64,000 bases of DNA from an uncultured Gemmatimonadales bacterium (GCA_963730185.1 CAVSQW010000007.1:128001-192000), one strand, 5' to 3'. Shown: positions 38,642-48,485, counted from the first letter of the stretch. Program-made: numbers and translations. Notes: generated by a model from the sequence alone, not told the origin.

Positions 38642-38833
38642 ATGGATACCCCCAAGCAGCCCGCCGCCGACGCGATGATCTGTCGCGCCTGCGGGCGCGA
38701 GGAACGGGCCTCCGAGGGCTATCCCTGCGAGGAGTGCGGGACCTTCATCTGCCTGATCTGTACCTTTCGGGGCGTGACCCTCTGCCGGGATTGTGCCAGC
38801 CGTCACGAAGGCACCCCCCCCCCGTCCGCATGA
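38642..38833 (+). CDS. Small Cys-rich protein with four CxxC motifs (putative double Zn finger)
   Basis: AGGAGG SD; CRAC, CEEC, CLIC, CRDC; stop overlaps the next ATG. Confidence 0.8.
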   Translation: MDTPKQPAADAMICRACGREERASEGYPCEECGTFICLICTFRGVTLCRDCASRHEGTPPPSA

Positions 38834-39540
38834 CCCGGCGCCTGGTCCTGTTCGACATCGACGGTACGCTGCTTCTTTCCGGCGGGGCGGGGCGCCGGGC
38901 CATCATGGGCGCCATCGCAGACGAGATCGGGGTGTCGGCCGGGGCACTCGACCGGATCCGCTTCGACGGCAAGACCGATCCGCAGATCGTCACCGAGCTG
39001 CTGCTCGCCTCGGGCGAGCCGGAGCCGCCGGCGCCCGAGCGGATCGCCCGGGTGCTCGACCGCTATCTCCACCACCTCGAGGCCGATCTGGCCATCAATG
39101 CCCACCGAGCGGAGCTGATGCCGGGGGTACCGGCGCTGCTGGATCTGCTCGAGGGTGACACCCGAAGCGTGCTGGGTCTCCTGACCGGCAACATCTCCGG
39201 GGGTGCCGCGCTCAAGCTCCGGGCGGTGCGGCTCGAGCCGGCGCGCTTCCGGGTCGGCGCCTACGGATCGGATCACGCCGTCCGCGCCGAGCTCCCGGCC
39301 ATCGCCGCCGAGCGGGCCGCGGCCCACTTCGGGCGGCCCGTCGGCGGCCGCGAGGTGGTGATCATCGGCGACACCCCGGCCGACGTCACCTGCGGACGCG
39401 GGATCGGCGCCCGGTCCATCGCGGTGGCCACCGGGAGCTTCTCCGCGGGCGAGCTCCGAGCCGCGGGGGCCGATCTCGTCTTCGACGACTTCGCGGACGC
39501 CGCCCGCGCCTGCGCCGCCATCCTGGACGACGCCTCATGA
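38830..39540 (+). CDS. HAD-family hydrolase
   Basis: LFDIDGTLL, LLTGN, IIGDTPAD. Confidence 0.92.
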   Translation: MTRRLVLFDIDGTLLLSGGAGRRAIMGAIADEIGVSAGALDRIRFDGKTDPQIVTELLLASGEPEPPAPERIARVLDRYLHHLEADLAINAHRAELMPGVPALLDLLEGDTRSVLGLLTGNISGGAALKLRAVRLEPARFRVGAYGSDHAVRAELPAIAAERAAAHFGRPVGGREVVIIGDTPADVTCGRGIGARSIAVATGSFSAGELRAAGADLVFDDFADAARACAAILDDAS

Positions 39541-40124
39541 TCGAGCTCGAAGTCAAAGCGGTCGTGCCCGACCCGGATGCCCTCCGTGATCAGTTGCGGG
39601 CGGCCCGGGCCCTGCCGGGGTTCAGCGGGCTCATGGAGGACCGCCGGTTCGATCGGGACGGCGCGCTCCTGGCCCGAGACGAAGTGCTCCGGGTGCGTCG
39701 CTTCCGCACCCCCGAGGGCACCGTGCGGGCCCGGGTCAGCTGGAAGGGGCCGGTGTCGGTCGACCGGGGCTACAAGCGGCGGGCTGAGCTCGAGTACGCC
39801 GTCTCGGAGGGCGATCCGGCGGCCGTCTTCGAGGCCCTCGGCTACGACGTCACCGAAGGCATCGATCGGATGGTGGAGTACTACGAGCTGGCGGACGCGA
39901 CGCTCCGGATCGAGTGGTATCCGCGGATGGACGTGCTCCTCGAGGTCGAGGGGAGCCCCGAGGCGATCGAGACGGCGGTCGAGGCCACCGGGATTCCGCG
40001 CGCCGACTTCACCCCGGAGGCACTACCCGAATTCGTGGCCCGTTACGAGGCCAGGGTGGGCCGGCCCGCCGCCACCTCGGTGGCCGCCTTGGGCGACGAG
40101 CCACCGGCGTGGCCCGGCCGATGA
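39537..40124 (+). CDS. CYTH-domain protein (class IV adenylate cyclase/triphosphatase fold)
   Basis: N-terminal ELEVK (ExExK), LRVR, WKGP, LEVEG. Confidence 0.85.
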   Translation: MIELEVKAVVPDPDALRDQLRAARALPGFSGLMEDRRFDRDGALLARDEVLRVRRFRTPEGTVRARVSWKGPVSVDRGYKRRAELEYAVSEGDPAAVFEALGYDVTEGIDRMVEYYELADATLRIEWYPRMDVLLEVEGSPEAIETAVEATGIPRADFTPEALPEFVARYEARVGRPAATSVAALGDEPPAWPGR

Positions 40125-40834
40125 CACCCGGATCGGAGACGGCCCGGCCCGGCCTGCCCGAGTTGGGTCCCCTCCTGGGCCGTCTGACCGAGATGTCGCC
40201 TCGGGGGCCGAGCGCGGTGCCGGGGCTCGATTCCGTCCGCCTGGAGCTCGTCAGCGATCTGTTCGAGGTGGCAGCGGCAGCCCGGCGGGCCTTCGCCGCG
40301 GGCGACGAAGTCGGAGCCCGGGCTCGGTTGGACCGCGCCGCCTGGCTCGAGCTCTGGCATCGCGCCGTGACCGCCACGGCGGACCGGACCCTCGAGGCGA
40401 TCGACGCCCGGTTGGACCGGGCCGCGGCCCGGTCGGCCGCGCCGCGCCGCCGCCGCCGGTCGGTCGGTCCGGCGGACGAAGATCGGGCCGTGATTCGGGC
40501 CCGCCTCGACGCCGCCGGCATCGTGCTCGAACAGGTGCTATCCCGGCCGTTGGCCGGCCAGCGAGACTGGCCGGCGGCGATCCGGCGCGCCGCCGCCGCC
40601 CTCGAGGAGGCCTGGGACGAGTTGGAGCGCACCGCGAGCGTGCTCGGGGCGGAGTGGGACCCGGTGGTGGGCGAGTTGGAGCGGTGGCGGCCGCCGATGC
40701 TGCTCTACGCGATTCCGGCGGCGCTGCTGGTGCTCCTGGCTCTCGGTCTGGGGCTGGCCATCGGCGGCTATCTCCCGAGGCCGTCATGGCTGGACCCCGT
40801 GGCCGCCTGGTTCTGGACCCTGCCGTGGCCGTGA
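40121..40834 (+). CDS. Hypothetical helical protein with C-terminal TM anchor
   Basis: Coupled to neighbours by 4-nt overlaps; C-terminal hydrophobic helix. Confidence 0.7.
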   Translation: MTPGSETARPGLPELGPLLGRLTEMSPRGPSAVPGLDSVRLELVSDLFEVAAAARRAFAAGDEVGARARLDRAAWLELWHRAVTATADRTLEAIDARLDRAAARSAAPRRRRRSVGPADEDRAVIRARLDAAGIVLEQVLSRPLAGQRDWPAAIRRAAAALEEAWDELERTASVLGAEWDPVVGELERWRPPMLLYAIPAALLVLLALGLGLAIGGYLPRPSWLDPVAAWFWTLPWP

Positions 40835-41217
40835 TCGGCATCGGGGTGGACGTGGTCGACGTGGACCGCGCCGAGGCGATGCTCGCGCCGCATCGCCGGC
40901 GGGTCCTGACCCGGCTGCTCCGGGACGGCGAACGCGACTACATCTTCCGGATGCCGCACCCGGCTCGGCACCTGGCGGTCCGCCTGGCGGCCAAAGAAGC
41001 GGTGTACAAGGCCCTGCAGCCGCTCGAGGGGAGTCGTCGGATCGGGTGGCGCGATCTCGAGGTCCTCCGAGAACCCACCGGACTGCCGTCGATCCGGGTC
41101 CACGGGGTGGCGGCGGAGGTGCTGGAGGCCAACGGGGGGCCCACGATCCACCTCTCATTGACGCATTCCGACCGTTCGGCGGTGGCGATGGCGGTGGTGG
41201 AGAGCCGGGGCCCGTAG
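40831..41217 (+). CDS. acpS: Holo-[acyl-carrier-protein] synthase
   Basis: VIGIGVDVVDV, RLAAKEAVYKAL, HLSLTHS. Confidence 0.92.
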   Translation: MIGIGVDVVDVDRAEAMLAPHRRRVLTRLLRDGERDYIFRMPHPARHLAVRLAAKEAVYKALQPLEGSRRIGWRDLEVLREPTGLPSIRVHGVAAEVLEANGGPTIHLSLTHSDRSAVAMAVVESRGP

Positions 41218-41278
41218 GGCTGCCCTCTGGCAATCCCTATCGTCGCGGTCTAGTTTAGATCGCGATGATCAAAATCAC

Positions 41279-43183
41279 ATGACACTCATTCTCATTGGCC
41301 TTCTCGCCGCTGCTACGGTCGGCCGCCCGCCCGCGATCCAGGACTCCCTCGACGCCGCCCGCCGAATCGCGACGAGCTCCCGACTCGCCGCTTCCGAGTA
41401 TCGGCTCGGCGTCGCCGATGGCCGGGTCACGGCCACCGCCGAGGTCGAAGAGACGCGCCTCTTCCTGGCCGAGGCCCGCCGCTCGGCGGCGCGGCTGCCG
41501 GAACGGCTTCGGGATTCCATTCGGGTCGGTCTCGATGGCGTCGTCTCGCTGGTCGAGCGCACGGCGGCGCCGGACTCGGTCGCCGCGTCGGTCGAGTCCG
41601 TGCTCGCCGGGCTCGCCCGATCTCTCGGCACCGAGCTCGAGGACGTGCCGATCGCCACCCCCTCGCTCGCCCGCGGGGCGGTGGTGTACCGGGAGAGCTG
41701 CGCGGTGTGTCACGGCGTGATGGGGCGGGGCGACGGCCTGGGCGGCCGGGGCATCCTGCCGGCGCCCACGAACCTCACCGACGCCGAATTTCTTGCCCGC
41801 TCCACTCCGCTCGATTTCTATCGTCGCATCACCATCGGGGTCGCCGGAACGGCCATGCCGCCGTTCGAGCACCAGCTTACGGCCGACGATCGGTGGGCGG
41901 TGGCGCTCTTCAGCTCGACCCTCCGCCTGCCGCCGGCCCGCGGCACCGTGCCGGCCGGGCTCGCGAGCTTCTCCGTCACCGCCGCTCTCAGCGATGGGTC
42001 GATTCGCGACTCGCTCGGCGCCTCGGCGACGGCCGCTCAGGTCGCGGCGGTGCGAATCGGGGCGGAGTCAGGGCGCGACTATGCCGCGCTCTTCAGCGCC
42101 GTGCGGGCCCGGGTGGACTCGAGCTACGAGCTGGCCCGGGCGGGGCGCACCGGGGAAGCCCGGTCGGCGGCGATCGATGCCTACATGGTCTTTGAGGCGG
42201 TGGAGCGCGAACTCCGGGTCAAGGACCCCGCGCTCGCGACCGAGGCGGAGCAGGCCTTCGCGGCGGCCCGCGAGGGCGTGGCCGGCCCGTCCGAGACCCT
42301 GGCATCGGCCCGGTCGGAGCTCTTCCGGGTGCTGGAGAAGGTGGAGCGGACCATGGGGGCCGATCTCTCCGCCCCGGCCGTGGCGATGCAGTCGTTCGTG
42401 ATTCTGGTCCGCGAGGGGCTGGAAGCGATCCTGATCGTTGGCGCCTTGATGGCCTTCCTGGCCAAGCTCGGCGCCAGCGAGCGACGGCGCGACCTGCACC
42501 GGGGCGTGGCCGCGGCCATCGCCCTCAGCCTGGTGACCGCGGTCGTGATCGAGACCGTCTTTCGCCTGTCGCCGACCCATCAGGAGACGCTCGAAGCCGG
42601 GACCATGGTGGTCGCGACGGTCATGCTCTTCTGGGTGAGCTTCTGGCTCCTCTCGAAGGTCGAGGTCGCCAACTGGAATCGGTTCGTCCGGACCCGGCTT
42701 TCGGAGGCGGTCGGCAAGCGGTCGTCGCTGGCGCTCGCGTCGGTGGCTTTCCTGGCCGTCTACCGCGAGGGCTTCGAGACCGTGCTCTTCTACAAGGCGC
42801 TGGCCGTCTCGGGCGGGAGTCCGGCGGTTGCCCTGCCGATCGGGCTCGGCATCGCGGCCGGGGCGCTGGTCTTGGGGGTGGTGTACGTCGCCATCAACCG
42901 CTACGGCGTCCGGCTCCCGCTCCGGCCCTTCTTTGCAGTCACCAGCGCCTTCCTCTACGCGATGGCCTTCAACTTCGCCGGGACCGCGATTGCCGAACTC
43001 CAGGAGGGCGGTATCCTGCCGCTCACTCCGGTGGAGTGGCTGCCACGGGTGCCGGCTCTCGGGCTCTATCCCACGGTCGAGGCGGCCCTGGTGCAGGGGC
43101 TGTTGATCGCGCTGGCGGTGGGGGCGTTGGTCTGGACGTTCGTGGTCGCACCGAGAAGGAGCCGAGCGCCGGCCGTGGCGTGA
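41279..43183 (+). CDS. Cytochrome c / FTR1-family iron permease fusion
   Basis: Heme motif CAVCH with GTAMP; two RExxE motifs (REGLE, REGFE) in a polytopic C-terminal domain. Confidence 0.92.
   Translation: MTLILIGLLAAATVGRPPAIQDSLDAARRIATSSRLAASEYRLGVADGRVTATAEVEETRLFLAEARRSAARLPERLRDSIRVGLDGVVSLVERTAAPDSVAASVESVLAGLARSLGTELEDVPIATPSLARGAVVYRESCAVCHGVMGRGDGLGGRGILPAPTNLTDAEFLARSTPLDFYRRITIGVAGTAMPPFEHQLTADDRWAVALFSSTLRLPPARGTVPAGLASFSVTAALSDGSIRDSLGASATAAQVAAVRIGAESGRDYAALFSAVRARVDSSYELARAGRTGEARSAAIDAYMVFEAVERELRVKDPALATEAEQAFAAAREGVAGPSETLASARSELFRVLEKVERTMGADLSAPAVAMQSFVILVREGLEAILIVGALMAFLAKLGASERRRDLHRGVAAAIALSLVTAVVIETVFRLSPTHQETLEAGTMVVATVMLFWVSFWLLSKVEVANWNRFVRTRLSEAVGKRSSLALASVAFLAVYREGFETVLFYKALAVSGGSPAVALPIGLGIAAGALVLGVVYVAINRYGVRLPLRPFFAVTSAFLYAMAFNFAGTAIAELQEGGILPLTPVEWLPRVPALGLYPTVEAALVQGLLIALAVGALVWTFVVAPRRSRAPAVA
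41280..41294. promoter_or_regulatory. Fur-box-like inverted repeat overlapping the FTR1 start
   Basis: TGACACT-C-ATTCTCA matches 11 of 14 positions of the 7-1-7 TGATAAT-N-ATTATCA consensus, in an AT-rich patch at an iron uptake gene. Confidence 0.5.
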
Positions 43184-43193
43184 GGCGCCGCCG

Positions 43194-44030
43194 TTATCCG
43201 TCCGCCTTCAACAGGTATGCCCCCGGATCGGGGCTCCCCGCGTGGCTCAGCCGGCGGGTGACCACCGCGCCAATGATCACCACGATCACGCTGGTGAGCT
43301 GCGCCAGGGTGAAGGGGCCGAGGAAGCGGTCGTCCTTGGCTCGGAGGATCTCCACCAGGAAGCGCTCCGCCCCCGCGAACATCAGGTAGACCCCGAAGAG
43401 CCAGCCCAGCGGCTTGTCCCGGAGCCGCCACCGCCAGAGCAGCATGAACACGCCCAGCATGAGGGCGACTTCGTAGAGCTGGGTCGGGTGGACCGCGAGG
43501 ACGGTCGACGCCGCTTCGCCCGCGGGGACGCTGACCCCGAACTGGGCTGCGAGGTTGCCGGCGGTGGAGGGCGGGAGCCCCTGCGGGAACTTCACCCCCC
43601 AGGGCAGCGAGGTCGGGCGGCCGTAGTCGTCTCCCACCACGAAACAGCCGATCCGGCCGACCGCGTAGGCGGCGGCCAGCGCCGGGGCGGTGAGGTGCAT
43701 GGTGATCCGGATCGGGACCTTGTGCCGCCAGCCCGCGACGATCACGGCCGACACGCCCCCGATGAACCCTCCGTACCACACCAGCCCCCCCCGGGAGAAG
43801 AGGGCTCGCGGGTCGCCGGTCAGGGCCACGTACCAGAGCTTGGCGCCGATCACCCCGCCGATGACGGCGGCCACCACGACGTCGGCGCCGTACTCCTGGT
43901 ACCATCCCTTTCGTCGGAGCTCGAGGGTCACCAGCCATCCGCCCACCAGGAAAGCCAGCATCATCATGATGCCGAACCCGGTGACCTCGAACGAGCCGAT
44001 GCGGAAGACGAGGGGGTAGACGGTGGTCAT
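43194..44030 (-). CDS. lgt: Prolipoprotein diacylglyceryl transferase
   Basis: GGLVWYGG, GRIGCF, HPTQLYE, RFLVEILR. Confidence 0.93.
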   Translation of the reverse strand: MTTVYPLVFRIGSFEVTGFGIMMMLAFLVGGWLVTLELRRKGWYQEYGADVVVAAVIGGVIGAKLWYVALTGDPRALFSRGGLVWYGGFIGGVSAVIVAGWRHKVPIRITMHLTAPALAAAYAVGRIGCFVVGDDYGRPTSLPWGVKFPQGLPPSTAGNLAAQFGVSVPAGEAASTVLAVHPTQLYEVALMLGVFMLLWRWRLRDKPLGWLFGVYLMFAGAERFLVEILRAKDDRFLGPFTLAQLTSVIVVIIGAVVTRRLSHAGSPDPGAYLLKADG

Positions 44031-44040
44031 AGATCGGACT

Positions 44041-45093
44041 TCAAGGTAGGCCCGGGGCGGGCTTGAGGCCAGGCAAGGGGCGCCGGTCGAACGGTTCCAG
44101 ATCCAGCCCGTCGCGTTCGCCCCGGGCCAGCCGCCAGGCGCCGGCCGCGGCAATCATGGCCGCGTTGTCGGTGTTGAGCCGGGGCGAGGCGACGACCACC
44201 CGGGCCCGTCCCGCCAGTCGTTGGCGGACCGCCTCGGCCAGGGCCCGGTTGCAGGCCACCCCTCCGACCAGCACCGCGGCCGGCCGGTTCAGCTCCAAGG
44301 TGGCACGGGCGGTCTTGGCGGCCAGCACGTCGAGCGCCGCGTCCTGGAAGCCGCGGGCCAGGTCGGCCCGGTCGCGTTCGAGGTCGTCGCTGGCCCGGAC
44401 GGCGCGGAGCACGGCCGTCTTGAGGCCGCTGAAGGAGAAGGCGTATCGCTTGGGACCGGATTCCTCCAGCTCCTTGAGCATCGGGCGGGGGAACGCGAAC
44501 CGGGCCGGCCGGCCGTCCCGGGCCAGCCGCTCGACCAGGGCGCCGGCGGGGTAGGTGAGCCCGAGCAGGGTGCCCACCTTGTCGAAGGCCTCACCGGCGG
44601 CGTCGTCGAGGGTTTCGCCGAGGAGGGTATAGTCGCCCCAGTCGGCGACGTCGAGGAGCATGGTATGTCCGCCGCTGACCAGCAGGGCCACGAAGGGCGG
44701 CGCGAGGTCGGGCGTCTCGAGGGTGGGGGCGAAGAGGTGGCCCTCGTGGTGGTGGACGCCGATCAGCGGCCGGTCGAGTCCCAGGGCCAGGCCTTTGCCG
44801 TACATCACCCCGACGAGAAGCGCGCCGATCAGTCCCGGGCCGGCCGTGACCGCGATGGCGTCGAGCTCGGAGAAGGACGCGCCCGCTTCCGTCATCGCCC
44901 GGGCCACCACGGGCTCGATGGTGCGGACGTGCTCCCGGCTGGCCAGCTCGGGCACCACGCCGCCGAACACCTCGTGGACGTCCTGAGAGAGGATCACGAC
45001 GCTCCGAAGGGTCGGCCGCCCGGGCTCGGAGGTGAGCAGGGCGGCCGAGGTTTCGTCGCAACTGGTCTCGATCCCGAGGATCAGCTCAGCCAC
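44041..45093 (-). CDS. tsaD: tRNA N6-threonylcarbamoyltransferase
   Basis: LGIETSCDET, GGVVPELASREH, HHEGH, LVSGGHT, DDAAGEAFDK, TDNAAMI. Confidence 0.96.
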   Translation of the reverse strand: MAELILGIETSCDETSAALLTSEPGRPTLRSVVILSQDVHEVFGGVVPELASREHVRTIEPVVARAMTEAGASFSELDAIAVTAGPGLIGALLVGVMYGKGLALGLDRPLIGVHHHEGHLFAPTLETPDLAPPFVALLVSGGHTMLLDVADWGDYTLLGETLDDAAGEAFDKVGTLLGLTYPAGALVERLARDGRPARFAFPRPMLKELEESGPKRYAFSFSGLKTAVLRAVRASDDLERDRADLARGFQDAALDVLAAKTARATLELNRPAAVLVGGVACNRALAEAVRQRLAGRARVVVASPRLNTDNAAMIAAAGAWRLARGERDGLDLEPFDRRPLPGLKPAPGLP

Positions 45094-45664
45094 CGGGCGT
45101 CGGGACGACGGGGCCCTCGTCCCGGACTTCGGCCGGGACGCCGAGGAGCTGGGCGACGATCCGTCGGTTGGCGTCTGAGCTCCAGGGATGGGCTCCGATC
45201 GCCTTCTTGACGATGGTCCCGTCCTTGTCGAGCAGGAAGCTCTCGGGATAGCCGGTCGTCTGGTACAGGCGCTCGATGCTGTGGTCGCCGTCGTGGAGGA
45301 TGTCGAAGGTGAGTCCCAGCTCCTTGGCGAAGGCGAGCACGTCCTTGGGGTTGCCGTCGTCGATGCTCACCGCGGCGATCTTGAAGCCCTTGGGGCCGAA
45401 CTCCTGGTAGAGCTTCTCCATCGCCGGCATCTCCTCCCGGCAGGGCACGCACCAGGTGGCCCAGATGTTTACCAGGACGACCTGTCCTTTGTAGGCGTCC
45501 TTGAAGGCCAAACTGTCGCCGGTGGAGAGGTTCACCGCCCGGAAGTCGGGCGCCCGCCGGCCCACTTCCACCGGCTCGATCCGTTTGCCGGCTCGGATCA
45601 GGAACGCCGCGCCGAGGGCGAGGCCGGCGATGATTCCGAGCACGGCGGTCCACTGCTTGTTCAT
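45086..45664 (-). CDS. TlpA/ResA-family thiol-disulfide oxidoreductase
   Basis: N-terminal anchor; VNIWATWCVPCREEMP; YPESF. Confidence 0.92.
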   Translation of the reverse strand: MNKQWTAVLGIIAGLALGAAFLIRAGKRIEPVEVGRRAPDFRAVNLSTGDSLAFKDAYKGQVVLVNIWATWCVPCREEMPAMEKLYQEFGPKGFKIAAVSIDDGNPKDVLAFAKELGLTFDILHDGDHSIERLYQTTGYPESFLLDKDGTIVKKAIGAHPWSSDANRRIVAQLLGVPAEVRDEGPVVPTPGG

Positions 45665-45722
45665 GGGGGAAAGGTAGTGGGGGGTAGGGAGGGATGGGGA
45701 GAGACGGGGTGGGGGGAGGCTC

Positions 45723-46397
45723 TCACACCTCCGTTCCCCTCCGGCACCCCGCCCGCAAGGCCCTCACCGCCGCGGCCGGGTCGGGCTCCTTGAACACCGC
45801 GGTGCCGGCCACGAAGGTGTCGGCACCGGCCCGCCAGGCGGTCTCGATCGTGTCGGGGGCGATGCCACCGTCGACTTCCAGGGCGGCGCCCGAGGCCCGG
45901 GCGTCGAGCAGGGCCCGAATCCGCTGGATCTTGGCGGTGGTGGCGGGGATGTAGCTCTGGCCCCCGAAGCCGGGATTGACGGACATGGCGAGCACCAGGT
46001 CGACGTCGGCCACCACTTCGTCGAGGAGCGCGGTGGGGGTGCCCGGGTTCAGGGCCAGCCCGGCTCGCATCCCGCGCTCCCGCACGTGACTCAGGTGTCG
46101 CTGCACGTGGTAGGTGGCCTCGGGGTGGAAGGTGAAGACCTGGACCCCGAGGTCCGCGTACTCGGCGATGTAGCACTCCGGCTCCACCACCATGAGGTGG
46201 ACGTCGAGCGGGAGCCGGGTCAGCCGGGCCACGGCCCGGATGATCGGCGCCCCGAAGGTGAGGTTGGGGACGAAGCGCCCGTCCATCACGTCGATGTGGA
46301 TCCAGTCGGCGCCCCCGTCTTCGACTCGGGCGATGGCCTCGGCTAGCCGGCCGAGGTCGGCACTCAGGATGGAGGGGGCGATCCGGACGGGACGCAT
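45723..46397 (-). CDS. rpe: Ribulose-phosphate 3-epimerase
   Basis: APSILSAD, HIDVMDG, DVHLMV, MSVNPGFGGQ, EVDGG. Confidence 0.96.
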   Translation of the reverse strand: MRPVRIAPSILSADLGRLAEAIARVEDGGADWIHIDVMDGRFVPNLTFGAPIIRAVARLTRLPLDVHLMVVEPECYIAEYADLGVQVFTFHPEATYHVQRHLSHVRERGMRAGLALNPGTPTALLDEVVADVDLVLAMSVNPGFGGQSYIPATTAKIQRIRALLDARASGAALEVDGGIAPDTIETAWRAGADTFVAGTAVFKEPDPAAAVRALRAGCRRGTEV

Positions 46398-47159
46398 CTA
46401 GTTCACCTCCGTGACGACCAGGTCGATCCGGGCGCCGTGGGCGCGGAGCCCCCCCGCCGCCGGCCGCTGCTCCACCACGGTGTCGGGCGGGCCGGCCCTC
46501 GTAACCCGGGTAACCTGGCCGGGGGTGAGCCCCGCGTCGGCCAGCCGCTGGCGGGCCTCGGTCAGGGGCAGGCCGATGAGGTTAGGCACTCTGATGGTGG
46601 CGGGGCCGCGGCTCACCACCAGGTCGATGGTGGTGCCGGGCGGGCGGCCGGTGCCGGCCGTAGGCCGGGTGGCCACGACCACACCGGGGTCGACCTCGTT
46701 GGGAACCGAGTCGACCGCCCCGACCTTGAGCCCGGCGGCGTTGATCACTCGGGTGGCCTGGGCGGCGTCGAACTGGGTGACGTCGGGGACCGCCACCGGA
46801 GCGGGCCCGCTCGATCGGGTGAGCGTGACGATCGTGCCGCCTGGGGCCACCAGGTCGGGCGGAGGATCTTGCCAGACCACGTGTCCCTCGGGAATGTCGG
46901 GGTCGGCGGCCTCGCCCGCGATCCTCACCTTGAAGCCCAGCCCGGTCAGGGTGGCTTCGGCGTCGGCCACGGGCTGTCCGATCACCCGGGCGACCACGTG
47001 ATCCTGGTCGAACATCGGGTTCGGATAGATCACGCAGGTGGTCAGGTAGCCCGCCGCCCCGGCCAAGAGGAGCACCACGACCGCCGTGAGCCGGCGTCGG
47101 CCCGCGACGGTGCGGGGCATCGGCAGCCGGAAGCGGCGTCGCGCTCGGGCTCCGCTCAC
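46398..47159 (-). CDS. PASTA-domain membrane protein (three PASTA repeats)
   Basis: TM helix then V(P)xxxG…A…L…G…V..Q.P repeats. Confidence 0.88.
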   Translation of the reverse strand: MSGARARRRFRLPMPRTVAGRRRLTAVVVLLLAGAAGYLTTCVIYPNPMFDQDHVVARVIGQPVADAEATLTGLGFKVRIAGEAADPDIPEGHVVWQDPPPDLVAPGGTIVTLTRSSGPAPVAVPDVTQFDAAQATRVINAAGLKVGAVDSVPNEVDPGVVVATRPTAGTGRPPGTTIDLVVSRGPATIRVPNLIGLPLTEARQRLADAGLTPGQVTRVTRAGPPDTVVEQRPAAGGLRAHGARIDLVVTEVN

Positions 47160-48469
47160 GCGGCCACCCGGCGCAGCCGAGCGGCGAATGCGCCGTCGGT
47201 GCCGTGGATGTGGGGGAGGATCATCAGATCACCCTGGGCGGTCAGCGTGTCGGGTGGCGCGTCGCTCCATGGTTCCCGACGGAAGCGACGGTCGTGGGCG
47301 AGGAACCGATCGACCTGCTGCTCGTTTTCCTCGGATTCGAGGGAACAGGTAGCAAATAATAACAGGCCCCCCGGCTCGACGATGTCGGCGGCCGTTTCGA
47401 GGAACCCGGCGGCCTGGGTGACGAGATGCTCCAGGGCCCGCTCGGTGATCCGCCAGCGGGCGTCGGGATTCCGGGCCAGAGTGCCGGTCCCGAGGCAGGG
47501 GACGTCGAGCACCACCGCCGGCGCCGAGCGGAGCGGCGGTCGGGTGGCGTCGGCCACGATCACCCCGGCGGGTCCGGTCCCGGCCCGTGCGAGGTTTTCC
47601 CGGAGTCGCCGGGCGCGGAGCCGTTGGCGGTCGGCGGCCACCAGGAATCGAGCCGTTCGAGCCAGGGCGAGGCTCTTGCCCCCGGGGGCCGCGCAGGCGT
47701 CGTAGATCAGCTGATCGGGCGGAAGGTCGAAAAAGCGGGTCACCTGCCGTTGGGCCGGATCCTGGACGTAGAACGCGCCCTCGGGGAAGCCGGGCAGGTC
47801 GACGGGGCGCCGACCCCGGACCACGAGGCCGGCGTCCCACCGGGCGGGCTCGAACCCGATGCCGCGTTCCGTCAGCGCCGCTTCGAGTCGGGCCTGGGGC
47901 CAGCGGGCCGGCTGGATCACCAGCGAGGGCGTCGCGTTGTTCCAGGCAAGGAGCCGCTCGGTGGCCTCGGCGCCGAACCGAGCGAGCCAGCGTCCGACCA
48001 GCCACTCGGGGTGCGAGTGGGTCACCGCGAGGGTGGCCACCGGGTCCGCTCCGTCGGTCGGCGGCTCGGACCGAGGCGCCGCGTCCGCGACCCGGCGGAG
48101 CACCGCATTGACGAAGCCCGCCACCCGTCGGCCGCCGAGCCGCCGAGCGACCGCGACCGAGGTCTGCACGGCGGCATGCACCGGCACCCGATCGAGCTGG
48201 ATCACCTGGAAGGCGCCCAGACGGAGCACGTCCAGGGTGTCGGCCCGGACGCTGCCGAGTCCACGTTCCACCGCGGGCTTGAGGGCCAGATCGAGGGCGG
48301 AGCGGCTCCGGAACACCCCGGCGGCGAGCTCGTGCGCCAGCCGCTTGTCGTCGGGTTCGAGGTCTCGGATGGCGCGCCGGAGCGCGAGATCGAACGGGAC
48401 CCCGTGCCGCACGTCGTGGAGAATCCGCCAGGCGGCGAACCGCGGGCCGAGTCCCGGGGTTCGCGTCAT
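47156..48469 (-). CDS. rsmB: 16S rRNA m5C967 methyltransferase RsmB/Sun (NusB-like N-domain)
   Basis: GFVNAVLR, SHPEWL, DACAAPGGK, LDVPCLGTG, ATCSLESEENE. Confidence 0.9.
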   Translation of the reverse strand: MTRTPGLGPRFAAWRILHDVRHGVPFDLALRRAIRDLEPDDKRLAHELAAGVFRSRSALDLALKPAVERGLGSVRADTLDVLRLGAFQVIQLDRVPVHAAVQTSVAVARRLGGRRVAGFVNAVLRRVADAAPRSEPPTDGADPVATLAVTHSHPEWLVGRWLARFGAEATERLLAWNNATPSLVIQPARWPQARLEAALTERGIGFEPARWDAGLVVRGRRPVDLPGFPEGAFYVQDPAQRQVTRFFDLPPDQLIYDACAAPGGKSLALARTARFLVAADRQRLRARRLRENLARAGTGPAGVIVADATRPPLRSAPAVVLDVPCLGTGTLARNPDARWRITERALEHLVTQAAGFLETAADIVEPGGLLLFATCSLESEENEQQVDRFLAHDRRFRREPWSDAPPDTLTAQGDLMILPHIHGTDGAFAARLRRVAA

Positions 48470-48485
48470 CCGCACGCGGGGACCG

